Part shown: in pieces, positions 1 through 12,839 of the stretch
Layout: the number at the start of each line of letters is the position of its first letter
Position numbering within the stretch: position 1 is the stretch's first letter
Assembly: GCA_964016885.1 (NCBI GenBank)
Contig: OZ024745.1
Location: forward strand, 21,824,001-21,888,000
Reading direction: 5' to 3'
Origin: Eledone cirrhosa
Taxonomy: Eukaryota
Length of the DNA stretch: 64,000 nt
Made by a program: the position numbers and the translations under genes
Notes under the pieces: generated by a model
What the model was told of the DNA's origin: nothing
The model's input: the letters and a program-made list of their open reading frames with translations, nothing else
Database searches by the model: none

Positions 1-2405
1 AGCAGATGTGTGCGGCCTTTCAGCGGCACTTTTCTCGGCTGTTCGGCAGGGCGGCGCGCCGGGAGGGGCTATGGATTTCGGTCCATACCTCGACGGCCTA
101 CCGCGACTCTCAGACAGCGAAGCAAAGTTCTGCGAAAAGCCGATTTCATCCGCCGAGAAAGAGGACGCGTTGAGCCAATACGGCAAACGCAAATCTCCAG
201 GTCTCGACGGTCTACCCTACGAATATTACGTAGCAATGCCGGACTTACTCTCCTGTCTCCTGGAAGCCGTCTACTGCAACTGGCAACAGAACGGGAGAAT
301 TCCCAGTTCTGTGACCGGGGGCGTAGTCACACTAGTCAGGAAGGACGAGAATAAGGGGGATGACATAGGCAACTTCCGGCCCATAACTCTGCTAAACACA
401 GAGTTACAGATTTTGGCCAAGGTGTTGGCAAAGAGGCTGGCGCTTGTCGTCGAAAACCTGGTGGGAGAAGCGCAGACATGCGCAATCCCGACCAGGTCCA
501 TACACGACAACCTCCACCTCATGCGATACATCATAGAGAGGGTAGGGTGTAAACCCGGCTTCGGTGGGGCTCTGATCAACTTGGATCAGTCTAAGGCTTT
601 CGATAGGGTTGACCATCGTTACCTGGATGCGGTGCTCGAGGCGGCAGGCTTCGGACCCGTGTTCAGGGGCTGGATTGCTGCAATGCACAGCAGCAACATC
701 TGCTCAAGGGTCAAGGTAAACGGCTTCCTCTCGGAGCCGTTCCATATCACGGGATCCATTCGACAGGGATGCCCCCTCTCCTCCCTTCTGTACGTATTGA
801 CTCTCGAGCCACTACTGCGGAAGTTGGAGCTATTGCAGGGCATGCCTCTGGAACTGGGACGGCGGAAAGCGGCGTCGGCTTACGCCGACAGTAGTGGTGT
901 CGTGCGCCCCGCAAATCGAGAAAGTCGGCACCTTACTGAAGGAATACGAAAGGCTCACAGGAGCGAAGCTGAACCGGGACAAGTCCATCGGTTTGCAACT
1001 CGGATCGTGGAGAGACAGACCGATGCCTTCCGATGGCGTCGTCGGACGCTGGACGGAAGGACCAGTAAAGATGCTCGGGGTCTGGTTTGGTCCGGACCTC
1101 CAGGTGGAGAAGAACTGGAACGAGCTGTCGGCCAAGGTGTTTGCACTCACCCAGAAGTGGGCCGAGTGCAAACTATCCTTGAAAGGTCGAGCGGAGGTGG
1201 CGAACACTTTTATAGCGTCCGCCATCTACTACCGCTTGACTGTCGTGCCTTGTCCAGCCAAAACTCTCGCCAAAATGGCGGGCGCGCTCTTCCAATTCCT
1301 TTGGAAGAGGCGGGCTCCTTTGTTGAGAAGATCCATCTGCTGCCAACGCCCTTCGAACGGAGGGCTGGGAAAGCCGTTGCTGACGATGCCCAAACACGCG
1401 CTCAGGCTGCGGCATCTCTAGGTATTCCTCACCGGACAACCGGTGTGGGCCCCGTTCGTGAGGTGAGCCTTCCTACAACTCGTCTCGCTGACCGAGCTAT
1501 AGTCCTGGGTCAAGCAAAGATCGAGGAAAATGAGCGACTGGCACATCGAATGTGCTCAGGCGCTCACAGCCCTCTGGCAGGCGGACTCGGCGATCAGTGG
1601 AGGCTCCACTTCGTTATTCTATAGAGGGTTGATCCGCAGCAAGTGCGACGACGTGCTCGGTGAAGCTCTGGGCATAGAGGAAGACGAACTCGCCAGTCTG
1701 TTCGGTAGGACCTTCCGCCCGGGACCGATGGACAACTTCCAAAAGTCCCTGGCCTGGCAGTGTTACCGTGGAGCTCTACCAGTTCGAGACAAGCTCTACA
1801 GACATGGGCGCCCGGGCAGGGACCCTGCAAAAAAGATCTGACCGAGGTGCGTGCGAGACGAAGAAACCGTCGCGCACGCATTCATACACTGCCCGGGCGT
1901 CACTGACCTGTGGGGATATGTAGAACGACTATTGTCGCGGGTGAGACCAATCCAGTTGACCATCGAGTCCATTGTCATGATCAAACCGCCACCCTCCTTC
2001 AAAAACGAAGGAGAGGCGGTTTTCCATTGTGTGATAGCTATGGCGAAAGAGGTTGTATGGTGGACAAGGTTGAAAGGGCTGAGGTCAGACACCTTTCTCT
2101 CCGGCCAACAACTGATTCTTTTTTTCAAATACCACTTTGGAAGAAGAATCAGGATGGAGAGAGAGGTGCTGTACCCCAGCAAGTTTTATGAAAGGTGGGT
2201 GAAAGTGGCGAGAATGGCCCGAGTGAATGGGCCTTCTCTCTATATTAGCCTGTAGGTTTTCGGGGGTATGTGTTACCCTTATGTAATGTCACCCCTAAAA
2301 TCGAATAATTGCATTTGTGATAATATTTTACACGTTTTTATTGTATGTAAACTTCCCCCTTTGTATTTGTGCCCTTCTTTTGTGCCCCTGTGGCTAATAA
2401 AGAAA
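1..2405 (+). mobile_element. Non-LTR retrotransposon (L1/Tx1-like), 3' part: disrupted ORF2 (RT + C-terminal zinc finger) and 3' UTR; cut by window start
   Basis: RT motifs KSPGLDGLPYEYY, FRPITLLN, LDQSKAFDRVDH, IRQGCPLS and AYAD, then a frameshift near 890. Continues in other frames (LNRDKS, MLGVWFG, LSLKGRA, GGLG). In-frame stops at ~1419 and ~1499. Zinc finger (C>stop)PRC...ETVAHAFIHC near 1838-1892; last ORF stop at 2255; AATAAA at 2396-2401. Confidence 0.92.
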
Positions 2406-2408
2406 CAT

Positions 2409-2463
2409 ATCTATCTATCTACCTATCTATCTACCTACCTATCTATCTAAATAAATCATCTCA

Positions 2464-2536
<73 letters not shown>
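2409..2536. repeat. (TCTA)n, (TC)n and (TA)n microsatellites at the LINE 3' end
   Basis: Directly visible. Confidence 0.95.
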
Positions 2537-2538
<2 letters not shown>

Positions 2539-2706
2539 AATATCTTTAAGTCGTTTGGAAGCCTCGACAATGCAAATGGGTAAATCTCCGGGTAACAAGA
2601 TCCGGTGGTGGAGAGAGAGATGTAAGTGGGTGTACGTTGAGATGCGTGGCGTGTATAAGACGTGTAGCAAACTTCAATACTCGCTTATATATATATATAT
2701 ATATAT

Positions 2707-3299
2707 ATATTGTTATACTTTGGGAGGGTCATGTTGCCAATAAGAAACACACGCACCAGTTGCTTTCACTTCAATTTAATTTAATATATATTTATAAATT
2801 TACAAATTTATAAATTTCTGGTTGGTTGGTTGGTTCCACAACCAGATAGTTGTTTATATATATATATAGTCATAGTTCTTTCGTCACACACTCTGTGACC
2901 TCTTCAGTGACTGGGGATTTCTTTCTTCGTTTCTGTGCCTTTCCTTTCTTCTATCCTACGCCATTTTGTTTGTGTGTCACAAACAAAATGGCGTAGGATA
3001 GAAGAAAGGAAAGGCACAGAAACGAAGAAAGAAATCCCCAGTCACTGAAGAGGTCACAGAGTGTGTGACGAAAGAACTATGACTATATATATATATAAAC
3101 AACTATCTGGTTGTGGAACCAACCAACCAACCAGAAATTTATAAATTTGTAAATTTATAAATATATATTAAATTAAATTGAAGTGAAAGCAACTGGTGCG
3201 TGTGTTTCTTATTGGCAACATGACCCTCCCAAAGTATAACAATATCGGTTTCAACACACGATTTCAGATAAAGAATCTTGCTAAACAAATTCAGAAACG

Positions 3300-3302
<3 letters not shown>
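2707..3302 (+). mobile_element. Fold-back element: ~268-bp inverted arms, 3-nt loop, ~57-nt one-sided tail, between (TA)n tracts; PLE pLTR-like
   Basis: 2707-2974 is the reverse complement of 2978-3245 (centre ccattttgtttgtg-TGT-cacaaacaaaatgg). Unpaired 3246-3302 is followed by (TA)n. Confidence 0.85.
3040..3084 (+). ncRNA. Minimal type I hammerhead ribozyme (mirror copy at 2868-2912 on minus)
   Basis: agtca-CTGAAGA-g-gtcaca(gagtg)tgtgac-GAAA-gaac-TA-tgact: 5-bp stem I, 6-bp stem II after one extra G, 1-bp stem III. Confidence 0.7.
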
Positions 3303-3353
<51 letters not shown>

Positions 3354-3369
3354 TAAAATAACAGATTAA

Positions 3370-3420
3370 AGTTTAAGCAAAGAATCGCTGCTTTCACCCT
3401 TAACGGGATCTTCTGAAACT
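3370..3420 (-). ncRNA. Hammerhead-like motif with a core substitution (CAGAAGA)
   Basis: Minus strand agttt-CAGAAGA-tccc(gttaa)gggt-GAAA-gca(9 nt)tgc-TT-aaact. All three stems form, but core position U4 is A. Lies at the 3' end of the GIY-YIG element. Confidence 0.5.
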
Positions 3421-3509
3421 AACAAAGTTAATCTGTAAACGCAGAACTGGATATTTCAAAAAACGTTGCAACCGGAGGAAGACAGGAAGACGATACTTTG
3501 GTTCATGGT

Positions 3510-3775
3510 GACGTTCGCTGGCAAAGAACGGGAAAAAACGAATAATACGTCATTAATAGGAGCGGTGAAAAACAATTACGTGCAAGGACAGAACCACGTT
3601 TATGGTATAAAAGAGGTCGTAGACTAATGTTCTCTAAGTGGTGCATAGAGACGTTCTCTGGCAATGAACGAAAAAACGAAGATAATAAGTCATATGTGGA
3701 GCGTGGAGAACAATAGCGTGCAAAGACAAAACCACGTAAATGGTATAGCAGAAGTCGTAGACTAAAATTCTAACT
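3510..3775. repeat. Diverged ~140-bp tandem duplication
   Basis: gacgttc(g/t)ctggcaa...aaccacgt...tggtata...gtcgtagactaa occurs at ~3510 and ~3649. Confidence 0.8.
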
Positions 3776-4346
3776 AGGAGACCGAATGAATCTCCGCTAC
3801 AGAGTTAAGAACAAAGTAAATAAATACAATACAGAAGTAATAGGAACAAATAAATACATACACGCAAACAGATACGTACATACACAAGCATACGCAAAAC
3901 CTTACCATAGGTATACAAAACCACGCACATATAAATATGTGTATGTGTGTATGCTTGTGTACAAATAAATAAATAATTATATAAACGTATATAAGTAAAT
4001 AAATACGTATATAACAAGCGCACACACATACCTACAAATAAATACATGAAGGTTCGCAGACGTAAGTCAACTAAAACAAGAAGTACACATATACACACAC
4101 CCACCATACGTACGAACCTGCATACTCACGCAGACGCAAAACTCCCATATACACATAACCAAGCCCTAAATACCAGAATATGTAAAAATTATACGCCAAA
4201 ACAGTCAAATATACGTACGAGAAGGTATACATACCTTCACAAAACATACGGGTAATATATACTTACCTATGCAAATAAGTAAAGGAATAAACAAAACATA
4301 TACTTAGCTCCCACATCAAGACGTAAATATCCACGTATAGATCGTG

Positions 4347-5060
4347 CTATCCGTTAGGGTATAACGTAGGGCTGTAATACAGGAAAGTTTTGTGCAATTT
4401 ATGTTTACAAGCCGAAATTGCCTCAGATGTTTTGTTTAAGATGTGGTCTGTGGCGTAGAGTATTTCCAGGGCCTCAGCGGCGCAGAGGTCACATGGTCTT
4501 TTATTTCCGTTATACGATCTAGCCCTAGCTAGGATCTCCCAGTGTAACTTATATTGGGTGTGGTTGTCTTTTAGACTCCAGATATAAGCTGAAAGTGACG
4601 TCATATTCCTTCTTAGAGGGTAACGAAAAGAATGGGTATGCATGTAAAGACGCTGCTTGAAACTATTGGCGGTTAACCCTATGTAGGCCCTACGGGACGT
4701 GGGTGTTACAACCTTACATTTGTAGACAATGTTACTAGAGAGGCATTTCCCGGATAGGGGACAATCAGCCCGATTCCTACAATTACAGTTAGTACTAACT
4801 ACAGGGTTGCACGTGTTCCTACGGCTAGGTATTTTAGCTAAATTTGAAGCTGTGATGTTATGTGCAAGGTTAGGAGTCGTTGAGTAAGAAATTTTAATAG
4901 TGTTTCTATTAAAAATTTTACTATATTTATGTGTAGGGGGAAAATGCTTCGTAATAAGGGAAAGAAAGATCTTAGCTAATGGTGTGGCCACCTCCATATT
5001 ATATGGTGGGTTAAACCAACAAATGCGACGGGATCTATTTCTTCTAGGTCTATACTCGTA
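4347..5060 (-). pseudogene. 5'-truncated Penelope-like element ORF: linker + GIY-YIG endonuclease, Naiad-like
   Basis: Frame is open upstream of the annotated Met (RRNRSRRICWFNPPY). Motifs KHFPP..KIFNRNTIKISYS, CNCRNRADCPLSGKC, NIVYKC...AYIGLTANSFKQR, CDLCAAEA and LNKTSEAISACKH. No RT core. Clade assignment is from recalled motifs. Confidence 0.85.
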
Positions 5061-5154
5061 CTCTGTATATGCTACCTTATGGCGTGGGATGCTTAAAAGC
5101 GTCCGTATGCGGTATGCCGTTTGAGCACCCGATGCTCTTACAGAGCAGAGTATA

Positions 5155-5932
<778 letters not shown>

Positions 5933-6444
5933 AATTCAAGGAAAACCATTATCAAATAACATGAAACAACATAAAAAATGGAGGAAAGTGTTAAAAAATA
6001 AAGGGCAAGTGAAAAGAAAATGAAAAAGAATAAAGAAAAAAGTAGAAAGAAAACAGAAAAAAATATCAAGAGAACATGACGAAAGAAGCCAGTAGGTTGT
6101 TGGTTGGTTGAAGGCCTCTTCAACAAACACTTCGTATCACTTCGTGACGTATTTTAAAATCCTTCACTCCTCTATTTCTAAGTGAACCAAGCGTTTAGTC
6201 GTGCCGCACAGTATATTTCTCAGACGACATAGCTTTCTTTTAAGACATTTTCTTTAGTCTCTCAACCTCTTTAAGCACAGAAACACGCGTTACTTTATCT
6301 CTTTCTTTTTGATAAATTTGTTCTTTGTTTTGTTTTGCACAGTTTTGTTATTTTATTTTATTTTTTATATTTTTATATACCTTCGTATCTTAGTTTTAGT
6401 TCTTGCTTTTATCCATTTTGGCTATATATTTTTCGGTTGCTTTT

Positions 6445-6852
<408 letters not shown>

Positions 6853-7067
6853 TGCCATTTTCTGTTGCCTTCCAACCTTTATCATCTGTTCAATTTCTTT
6901 TCCGTATATATCTACTTGGACCTTCCAGCATTAACACTTTCTGTTTCCTAATCTCTCTCTCTCCTCTTTCTCTTCCTCTCTCTCCGTTTTGTCTTCCTGC
7001 ACCCCAGTACCCTACCCCATCTCCCTCTTACTGTCTCTCTCTGTTTCCCTTTCTATATATGTATATA

Positions 7068-7350
7068 GTCGTAAAGCGACTGAGAGTACAAGACTCCTCC
7101 CTGGACAGGACGCCAGTCCATCGCAGAGTTAAACCTCCAGCTATTGCTGGTACTCATTTTCAGCTGAGTAAACTCGAGCAACGTGAGATAAAGTGTCTTG
7201 CACATCACCCGGACGTGGTACATATCGGTGAAGGCGCATGGCTTAGTGGTTAGATCATTGGGCCTGCAATCGAAAGGTTGTGAGTTCAATTCTCGGACCG
7301 CTTCATGCCATGAAACCGCGATAAGCTCCGGCCAAATGAGCCGTCTGCCT
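7068..7350. mobile_element. tRNA-derived SINE, rearranged or composite
   Basis: Plus-strand head at 7233-7300 has A box TGGCTTAGTGG and B box GAGTTCAATTC. Minus 7068-7202 reads gcaagacactttatctcacg...gcgatggactggcgtcctgtccaggg, resembling CORE/V-SINE central domains. Confidence 0.7.
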
Positions 7351-7363
7351 TAAAACAGACTTT

Positions 7364-7404
<41 letters not shown>

Positions 7405-7426
7405 GCAATTAAGTATCTCTCTATCT

Positions 7427-7476
<50 letters not shown>

Positions 7477-7479
<3 letters not shown>

Positions 7480-8261
7480 AATAATGGAGCTGCGGCGTTG
7501 CAAATGGGTTACATATGAAAAAGTTTGTCCTTCATCAGTGGCCTTCCAACCGTCGTAGACATTTCGTCGCTTTAAAGGCCATATACCTCAGGTTGGTGCG
7601 AGCAACGGCTAAAAAAAGTCGTTGGGACACATAAATAAACGGGACGCTAGGGTAAACAAACAAAATGGTTTAAGCAACAGAAAGTGATGAAGAAGAAAGA
7701 AACAAGTCCCAGATTTCTATGAATATAAATTCGGTGGAATCGTGAACGAGAGAATAAAGACCATCAAACCTGGTTGAAATGTGAGCAAGGAAGGAATTTC
7801 GCACAGGTCTAACGGGAGGAAGAAGGGGTCTGGTCTGCGAATTATGTAAACATAAGTTCTGTGAAGTCGCAGACGAGAGAGAGATAGAGAAAAAAAATTC
7901 ATACCGGCTTGGCCAAGTGCCCGCGAGAAAAGGATTACGGACAGGTCAAACGGGAAGAAAGGGGAGGAGGAGAGGTAGTGACAGAGAGTGAGTGAGTGAA
8001 AGGTGAGGAAGAGGCTAACAGAGAGAGAGAGACTGCTAGAAAGGGTAAAGATACAAAGAACGAAACAGACGGGTAGCAGCGGAGGAAAAAATATATGTGT
8101 AAATATGATAATAATGGAGCTGCGGCGTTGCAAAGGGGTCCCCTTTATTTACGTGTCCCAACGACTTTTTTAGCCGCTGCTCGCACCAACCTGAGGTATA
8201 TGGCCTTTAAAGCGACGAAATGCCTACGACGGTTGGAAGGCCACTGATGAAGGACAAACTT

Positions 8262-8268
<7 letters not shown>
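7477..8268 (-). mobile_element. Non-coding ~630-bp unit with a repeated tail and an inverted terminal copy, between (TA)n tracts
   Basis: tgataataatggagctgcggcgttgcaaa occurs at ~7477 and ~8106 (direct). 7512-7639 is the reverse complement of 8143-8268. Confidence 0.75.
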
Positions 8269-8301
<33 letters not shown>

Positions 8302-8479
8302 AGGGTAACGGGACTACCATAAGGTTTCACTGCTAGTATACATATATAAACAGAGAGAAGAGAGAGAGAGGAGAGAGTGGAGGTCTTATATATATATATA
8401 TATACATACATACATATATATTCATACATGCCTGTGTGTGCCAATGTGTTTCTGTATGTTTTCTAATGTGATTGCTACA

Positions 8480-8975
8480 AGCTGGTGCAGGTGTGAAAGT
8501 TACATTTATCTTATTCAAGCTTATTGCTAGGTCAAAGGAAAAACACGGCTTAAAATCATTCCATTATAGCTTTCTTTCCATACTTAGTATGAGAAAAAAA
8601 TATCAGTCTCCATAAAGCGTTACCTGAATCAAAGTTTTGAATGTTTCTTTTCCGCCAAATACCTTTCTTGTATTTCTAAATCTTTGGTGGATACCAGTAT
8701 CCCATATTTGAAATGCTTAAATAAGGATCACGGTAAAATATATTAAAATTAGATTAGGAGCTGGGCTATCACCTTGTTTAAATCCAGACCTTATACCAGT
8801 TAGCACCAGTATGTTGCCTGTTGAATATTATCAAGGACTCTCTATTATCATGTAATTACTGCAAATATATTCCCAAATTTTGGGGAACAACCCAAGTTCT
8901 CAAGAACTATGCACATGTCCTCTCGGTTAACTGTTTTAGAAACCTTTCTAAATCAATAAATACCCGATATAGTGA
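8480..8975 (-). pseudogene. Old RTE-clade (BovB-like) reverse transcriptase remnant
   Basis: Hand translation across frameshifts: LYRVFIDLE..TVNREDMCIVLENLGCSPKF...GFKQGDSPAPNL...FDLAISLNKINVTFTPAP. Confidence 0.7.
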
Positions 8976-9704
8976 GAACCACATCATTTTTTAAAAAGAG
9001 TCATTGTAAATATTTATCTTTTAATTCCTTATGGCTTTGCATGATTCATACTTTATACGGATTTACTTATATCCTTGAACACCGTGTTCGGTTATCCTAC
9101 CAATTGTCGATCATTAGTTTTACTCTTAGACACTCGCTTGTCGTCTGATCCATATAGATACTTTTCAATAAACTTACTCAAGATTTTTTTTGTCGCCCTA
9201 CATATATCTTTTCTACTTAAACTACTGTATTTTTTAAACATCTAAAATGGATCCATTTTAATATTGTTACATAAATTTAGTATAAAACATACATCATCTT
9301 ACTATTGCTGCTGTTATTTTGATGTTGTTTTTGATGTTATACCTACTCATGTGGTAATCTAGTGCGTTCGGCTACAGCCCTGGTTCTGGCTGTTCACCAA
9401 ACCGATGAGGGCAGACCGTCCTAGTATCGGACGCTCTCGGATAAGTTTGTGGTAGAGCCTGTAGCAGTGGAAACTTCCGGCGTTCTTGTACCCCCAGACA
9501 ACATCCTTACTCACTGCTATCGGGGCGTAGTTGGCCACCCACAGATGCTAGCCCCACGAGGTGGAATGACTGTTTCAGCGTGACTCTCTCGCGTCCTCTG
9601 AGGTAATGCATTCCCCCTCCTGTCGGTGAAGATCAAGTTAGTTGGTGGTGGAGGATACTCGTTCGGACGTCATTTCTACAACTAAAGTATATTTACATTA
9701 AATA

Positions 9705-10100
9705 GACATCAGCCAGATTCGTTAGACTCGCAGATAAATACTTTGCAGTATTTGTTCCGGCGTTCTAAGTTCACAATTGAAATGGTGCTGACGTTAATTT
9801 TCGTTTTTACTCTCCCGATGTCAATAAAATAAAATACCAGTAACGCACTGAGATCGATTTAATCGGCTTCCCCCACCCCTCAAAAGTATTGGCCTTATGC
9901 CTAAACCAGAAGGCATTTGGCAGTATCGGTAGAGGGTTGGACGCCATGCTTTCTAGCATAGTTACATCCCTTTATGGTCTGAGTTCAAATCCCGCCGAGG
10001 TTAACTTTGCCGTTCATCCTTACGGGGTCGATAAAATAAAGTACCAGTAATGTACTGGGTAATTGTTGGCCTTGTGCCAAAAGTAGAAATAATTATTATT
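9705..10100 (+). mobile_element. Two tandem degenerate SINE copies (Deu/Nin-domain-like)
   Basis: B box gagttcaaatcc, then gccgaggttaactttgccgttcatccttacggggtcgataaaataaagtaccagt at 9980-10048. A decayed homologue lies at 9765-9905. Confidence 0.65.
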
Positions 10101-10254
10101 ACTGTTGTTGTTATTGCTGTTGCTTTTCTTTTACATTTTGATAGCCTTATACATATTTTTGATTCTTGTTGATAGAAAAATATTTTTTGAGAAAAAACTG
10201 TAGAAATATGTAATTTAATTTTGCGAAAATATTAAAATTTGACAAAAGGTATAG

Positions 10255-10343
<89 letters not shown>

Positions 10344-10534
10344 GACGTAATATAAGAAAATTATAAAAATTAACTTACTTACTAAAATTTCACTCCAACT
10401 AATTAGTTTCTGAAAGGGAATAAACATGGTTTCTGAAGAAACGCACGGAGAAATCCTTTCGTCATCAGGGAAGTCTATTCTCAGCTAAGTTCCCTGTGTC
10501 CACGCATTGCCTGGAAACTTAGCTGAGAATAGAC

Positions 10535-10614
10535 TTTCCTGATGACGAAAGGATTTCTCCTTGCGTTTCTTCGGAAACCATGTTTATTCCCTTTCAGAAA
10601 CTAATTAGTTGGAG
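10535..10614 (+). ncRNA. Hammerhead candidate, copy 1 (inverted copy at 10393-10472 on minus)
   Basis: tttc-CTGATGA-cgaaagg...cctttca-GAAA-ctaattag-TT-ggag: stem II gaaagg/cctttc, palindromic stem III actaattagt, GUU triplet. Confidence 0.6.
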
Positions 10615-11065
10615 TGAAATTTTAGTAAGTAAGTTAATTTTTATAATTTTCTTATTTTACGTCTTTCATATTATTGTTCTGCATCCCCTTGCATTGAACC
10701 ACAAAGTTACTAAGACAAAACCTATATATTTGCTAGCATAGGTATGCATCTGTATATATATGTTAGTAGATATACTAATTCTTTATAATTATCTCCAAAT
10801 TATTTTGTTGAGAAAAAATTTGCCAAAACTGCTACTATAGTTCATAGTAATGGTTCGGCTACTGTCTTCTTAACACACCACTCCTCACTGATTAACCTCG
10901 ATGTCACGTGATTGACTCTTTTGAATTTGCCACCGACCGAGTAGGCAGTGATTTTTTCAATGTCTTGGAACTTAGTCCACGCTTTGCTTTTTTCCATCCA
11001 CTGAATTATTTTTGTATAAGTTCCCTGTGTCCACTTATTGCCTGGAAACTTAGCTGAGAATAGAC

Positions 11066-11144
11066 TTCCCTGACGACGAAAGGATTTCTCCGTGCGTTCT
11101 TCGGAAACCATGTTTATTCCCTTTCAGAAACTAATTAGTTGGAG
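11066..11144 (+). ncRNA. Hammerhead candidate, copy 2
   Basis: ttcc-CTGACGA-cgaaagg...cctttca-GAAA-ctaattag-TT-ggag. The core difference from copy 1 falls at the variable N7 position. Confidence 0.6.
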
Positions 11145-11633
11145 TGAAATTTTAGTAAGTAAGTTAATTTTTATAATTTTCTTATTTTACGTCTTTCATA
11201 TTATTGTTCTGCATCCCCTTGCATTGAACCACAATGTTACTAAGACAAAACCTATATATTTGCTAGCATAGGTATGCATCTGTATATATATGTTAGTAGA
11301 TATACTAATTCTTTATATATATATATATATATATATATATTACACTCCTAACTCTCTTATTCGTGATGAAGGGAAAATGACCGACACGTTGACTGTTTAA
11401 CTCTCTTTCTTTTAAGCATGAAACTAATAAGACTTTATGTTAATGCATCTACTTGTTTATTTGTTTCTTGTAATTTTGATATATATATGTATGCACATAT
11501 ATATTTATTTATTATTTTATATATTAAATTTCTTACCCTTCTTTTCTTATGCATATTTCCCATTATTTTTCCAGCCTCACTTCCAATTTCTAACAGATTT
11601 TAAATCTCATTTCATATCTTTTATCTATAACAT

Positions 11634-11705
11634 CTCTATCTGACGAACGTTCCAGACGTATATTATTATCGACTGTGATCCAGAAACCTTTGGTACTGGC
11701 GTAGT
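11634..11705 (+). ncRNA. Degenerate hammerhead motif
   Basis: CTGACGA...GAAA-cc(ttt)gg-TA is intact; stems I and II pair poorly. Confidence 0.35.
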
Positions 11706-11751
11706 TATATATTGTGTTGTTCACTTTCTAATTAAATATATATATATATAT

Positions 11752-11804
<53 letters not shown>

Positions 11805-12016
11805 CATGTGTGTATGTACGTATTTTTATGAGTATCTAGTCCACGTGCATCGCCGTGTATGTATGTAAGTATATTCAGAAAGTCTGTCACCAAAACACAC
11901 AAGGTCATGTATAACATGTGTACATGTATGCACGCATAAGCACATATTTAAAGAGAGGGCGAGAGAGAGGGAGAGAGAGAGAGAAGAGAGGGAGAGACAC
12001 AGAGAGAGGGGGTAGA

Positions 12017-12092
<76 letters not shown>

Positions 12093-12537
12093 GTAGAAAG
12101 ATAGAAAAATAAAAAAATAAATATTGAAAGGCGATTGTATGAGATGGTGTTCCGGGTGCGTTAGACGGGAAAACTCTAGCTCAAAGCTTGAGAGAACTTT
12201 TCGTTGTAATGCGTAATGTGTAAGACAGCTAGTGACGGTGCTAATAGGATTATGGACAGATTAATAGATCACCAGAGACGGCCATCTTCGTCTGGCCTTG
12301 ATGTCGTCGTTATCGTCGTTGCCGTTATAGTTGTTGTTGTTGTTGTCGGTGGTGGTGGTGGTGGTGGTGCAGTTTTTGTTTGTTGCGCTTGTTGTTGTAG
12401 CTTTTGCCTTCATCGTCGTCGTCATCGTCGTTATTGAAGTCGTCTCCGTAGTGGAAGATATGTTATCTGTTAGTATTGACTGCTTCTGCTGCTGCTGCTA
12501 TTGGAGCAGGAGCAGCAGAAGCAGCAGCAGCAGCATC

Positions 12538-12574
<37 letters not shown>

Positions 12575-12697
12575 AGTTTAGTGTGGCTAATTGTAGCATC
12601 GTTGGAAGTACTATGTGTTGTTGATGTCTGTTGAGTTTTTTCAATTTACATATGTATATGTTCGGGTAAATACGTTAACTATCTATCTATCTATCTA

Positions 12698-12763
<66 letters not shown>

Positions 12764-12800
12764 CATACATATACTCTTTTACTCTTTTACCTGTTCCTTG

Positions 12801-12835
<35 letters not shown>

Positions 12836-12839
<4 letters not shown>

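Larger units (their letters stand above)
10337..11317 (+). mobile_element. Retrozyme-like / non-autonomous PLE: inverted arm plus two ~300-bp direct repeats (period ~530 bp), between (TA)n tracts
   Basis: 10337-10492 is the reverse complement of 10515-10670. 10486-10787 is nearly identical to 11017-11317. No recognisable protein. Confidence 0.85.

Noticed and set aside
1836-1850. TGA at a zinc-finger Cys of the LINE read as selenocysteine
   Set aside because: The element has other stops and frameshifts, so a TGY>TGA decay mutation is simpler.
4347-4997. Selenoprotein-type Naiad ORF
   Set aside because: Some Naiads encode selenocysteine, but this fragment has no in-frame TGA; the Cys positions use ordinary codons.
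7233-7300. tRNA gene
   Set aside because: A and B boxes are present, but there is no proper acceptor stem and it continues into SINE body sequence.
10842-11111. 89-aa minus-strand ORF in the retrozyme-like unit
   Set aside because: No recognisable motif, and it overlaps the repeat antisense to the HHRs.
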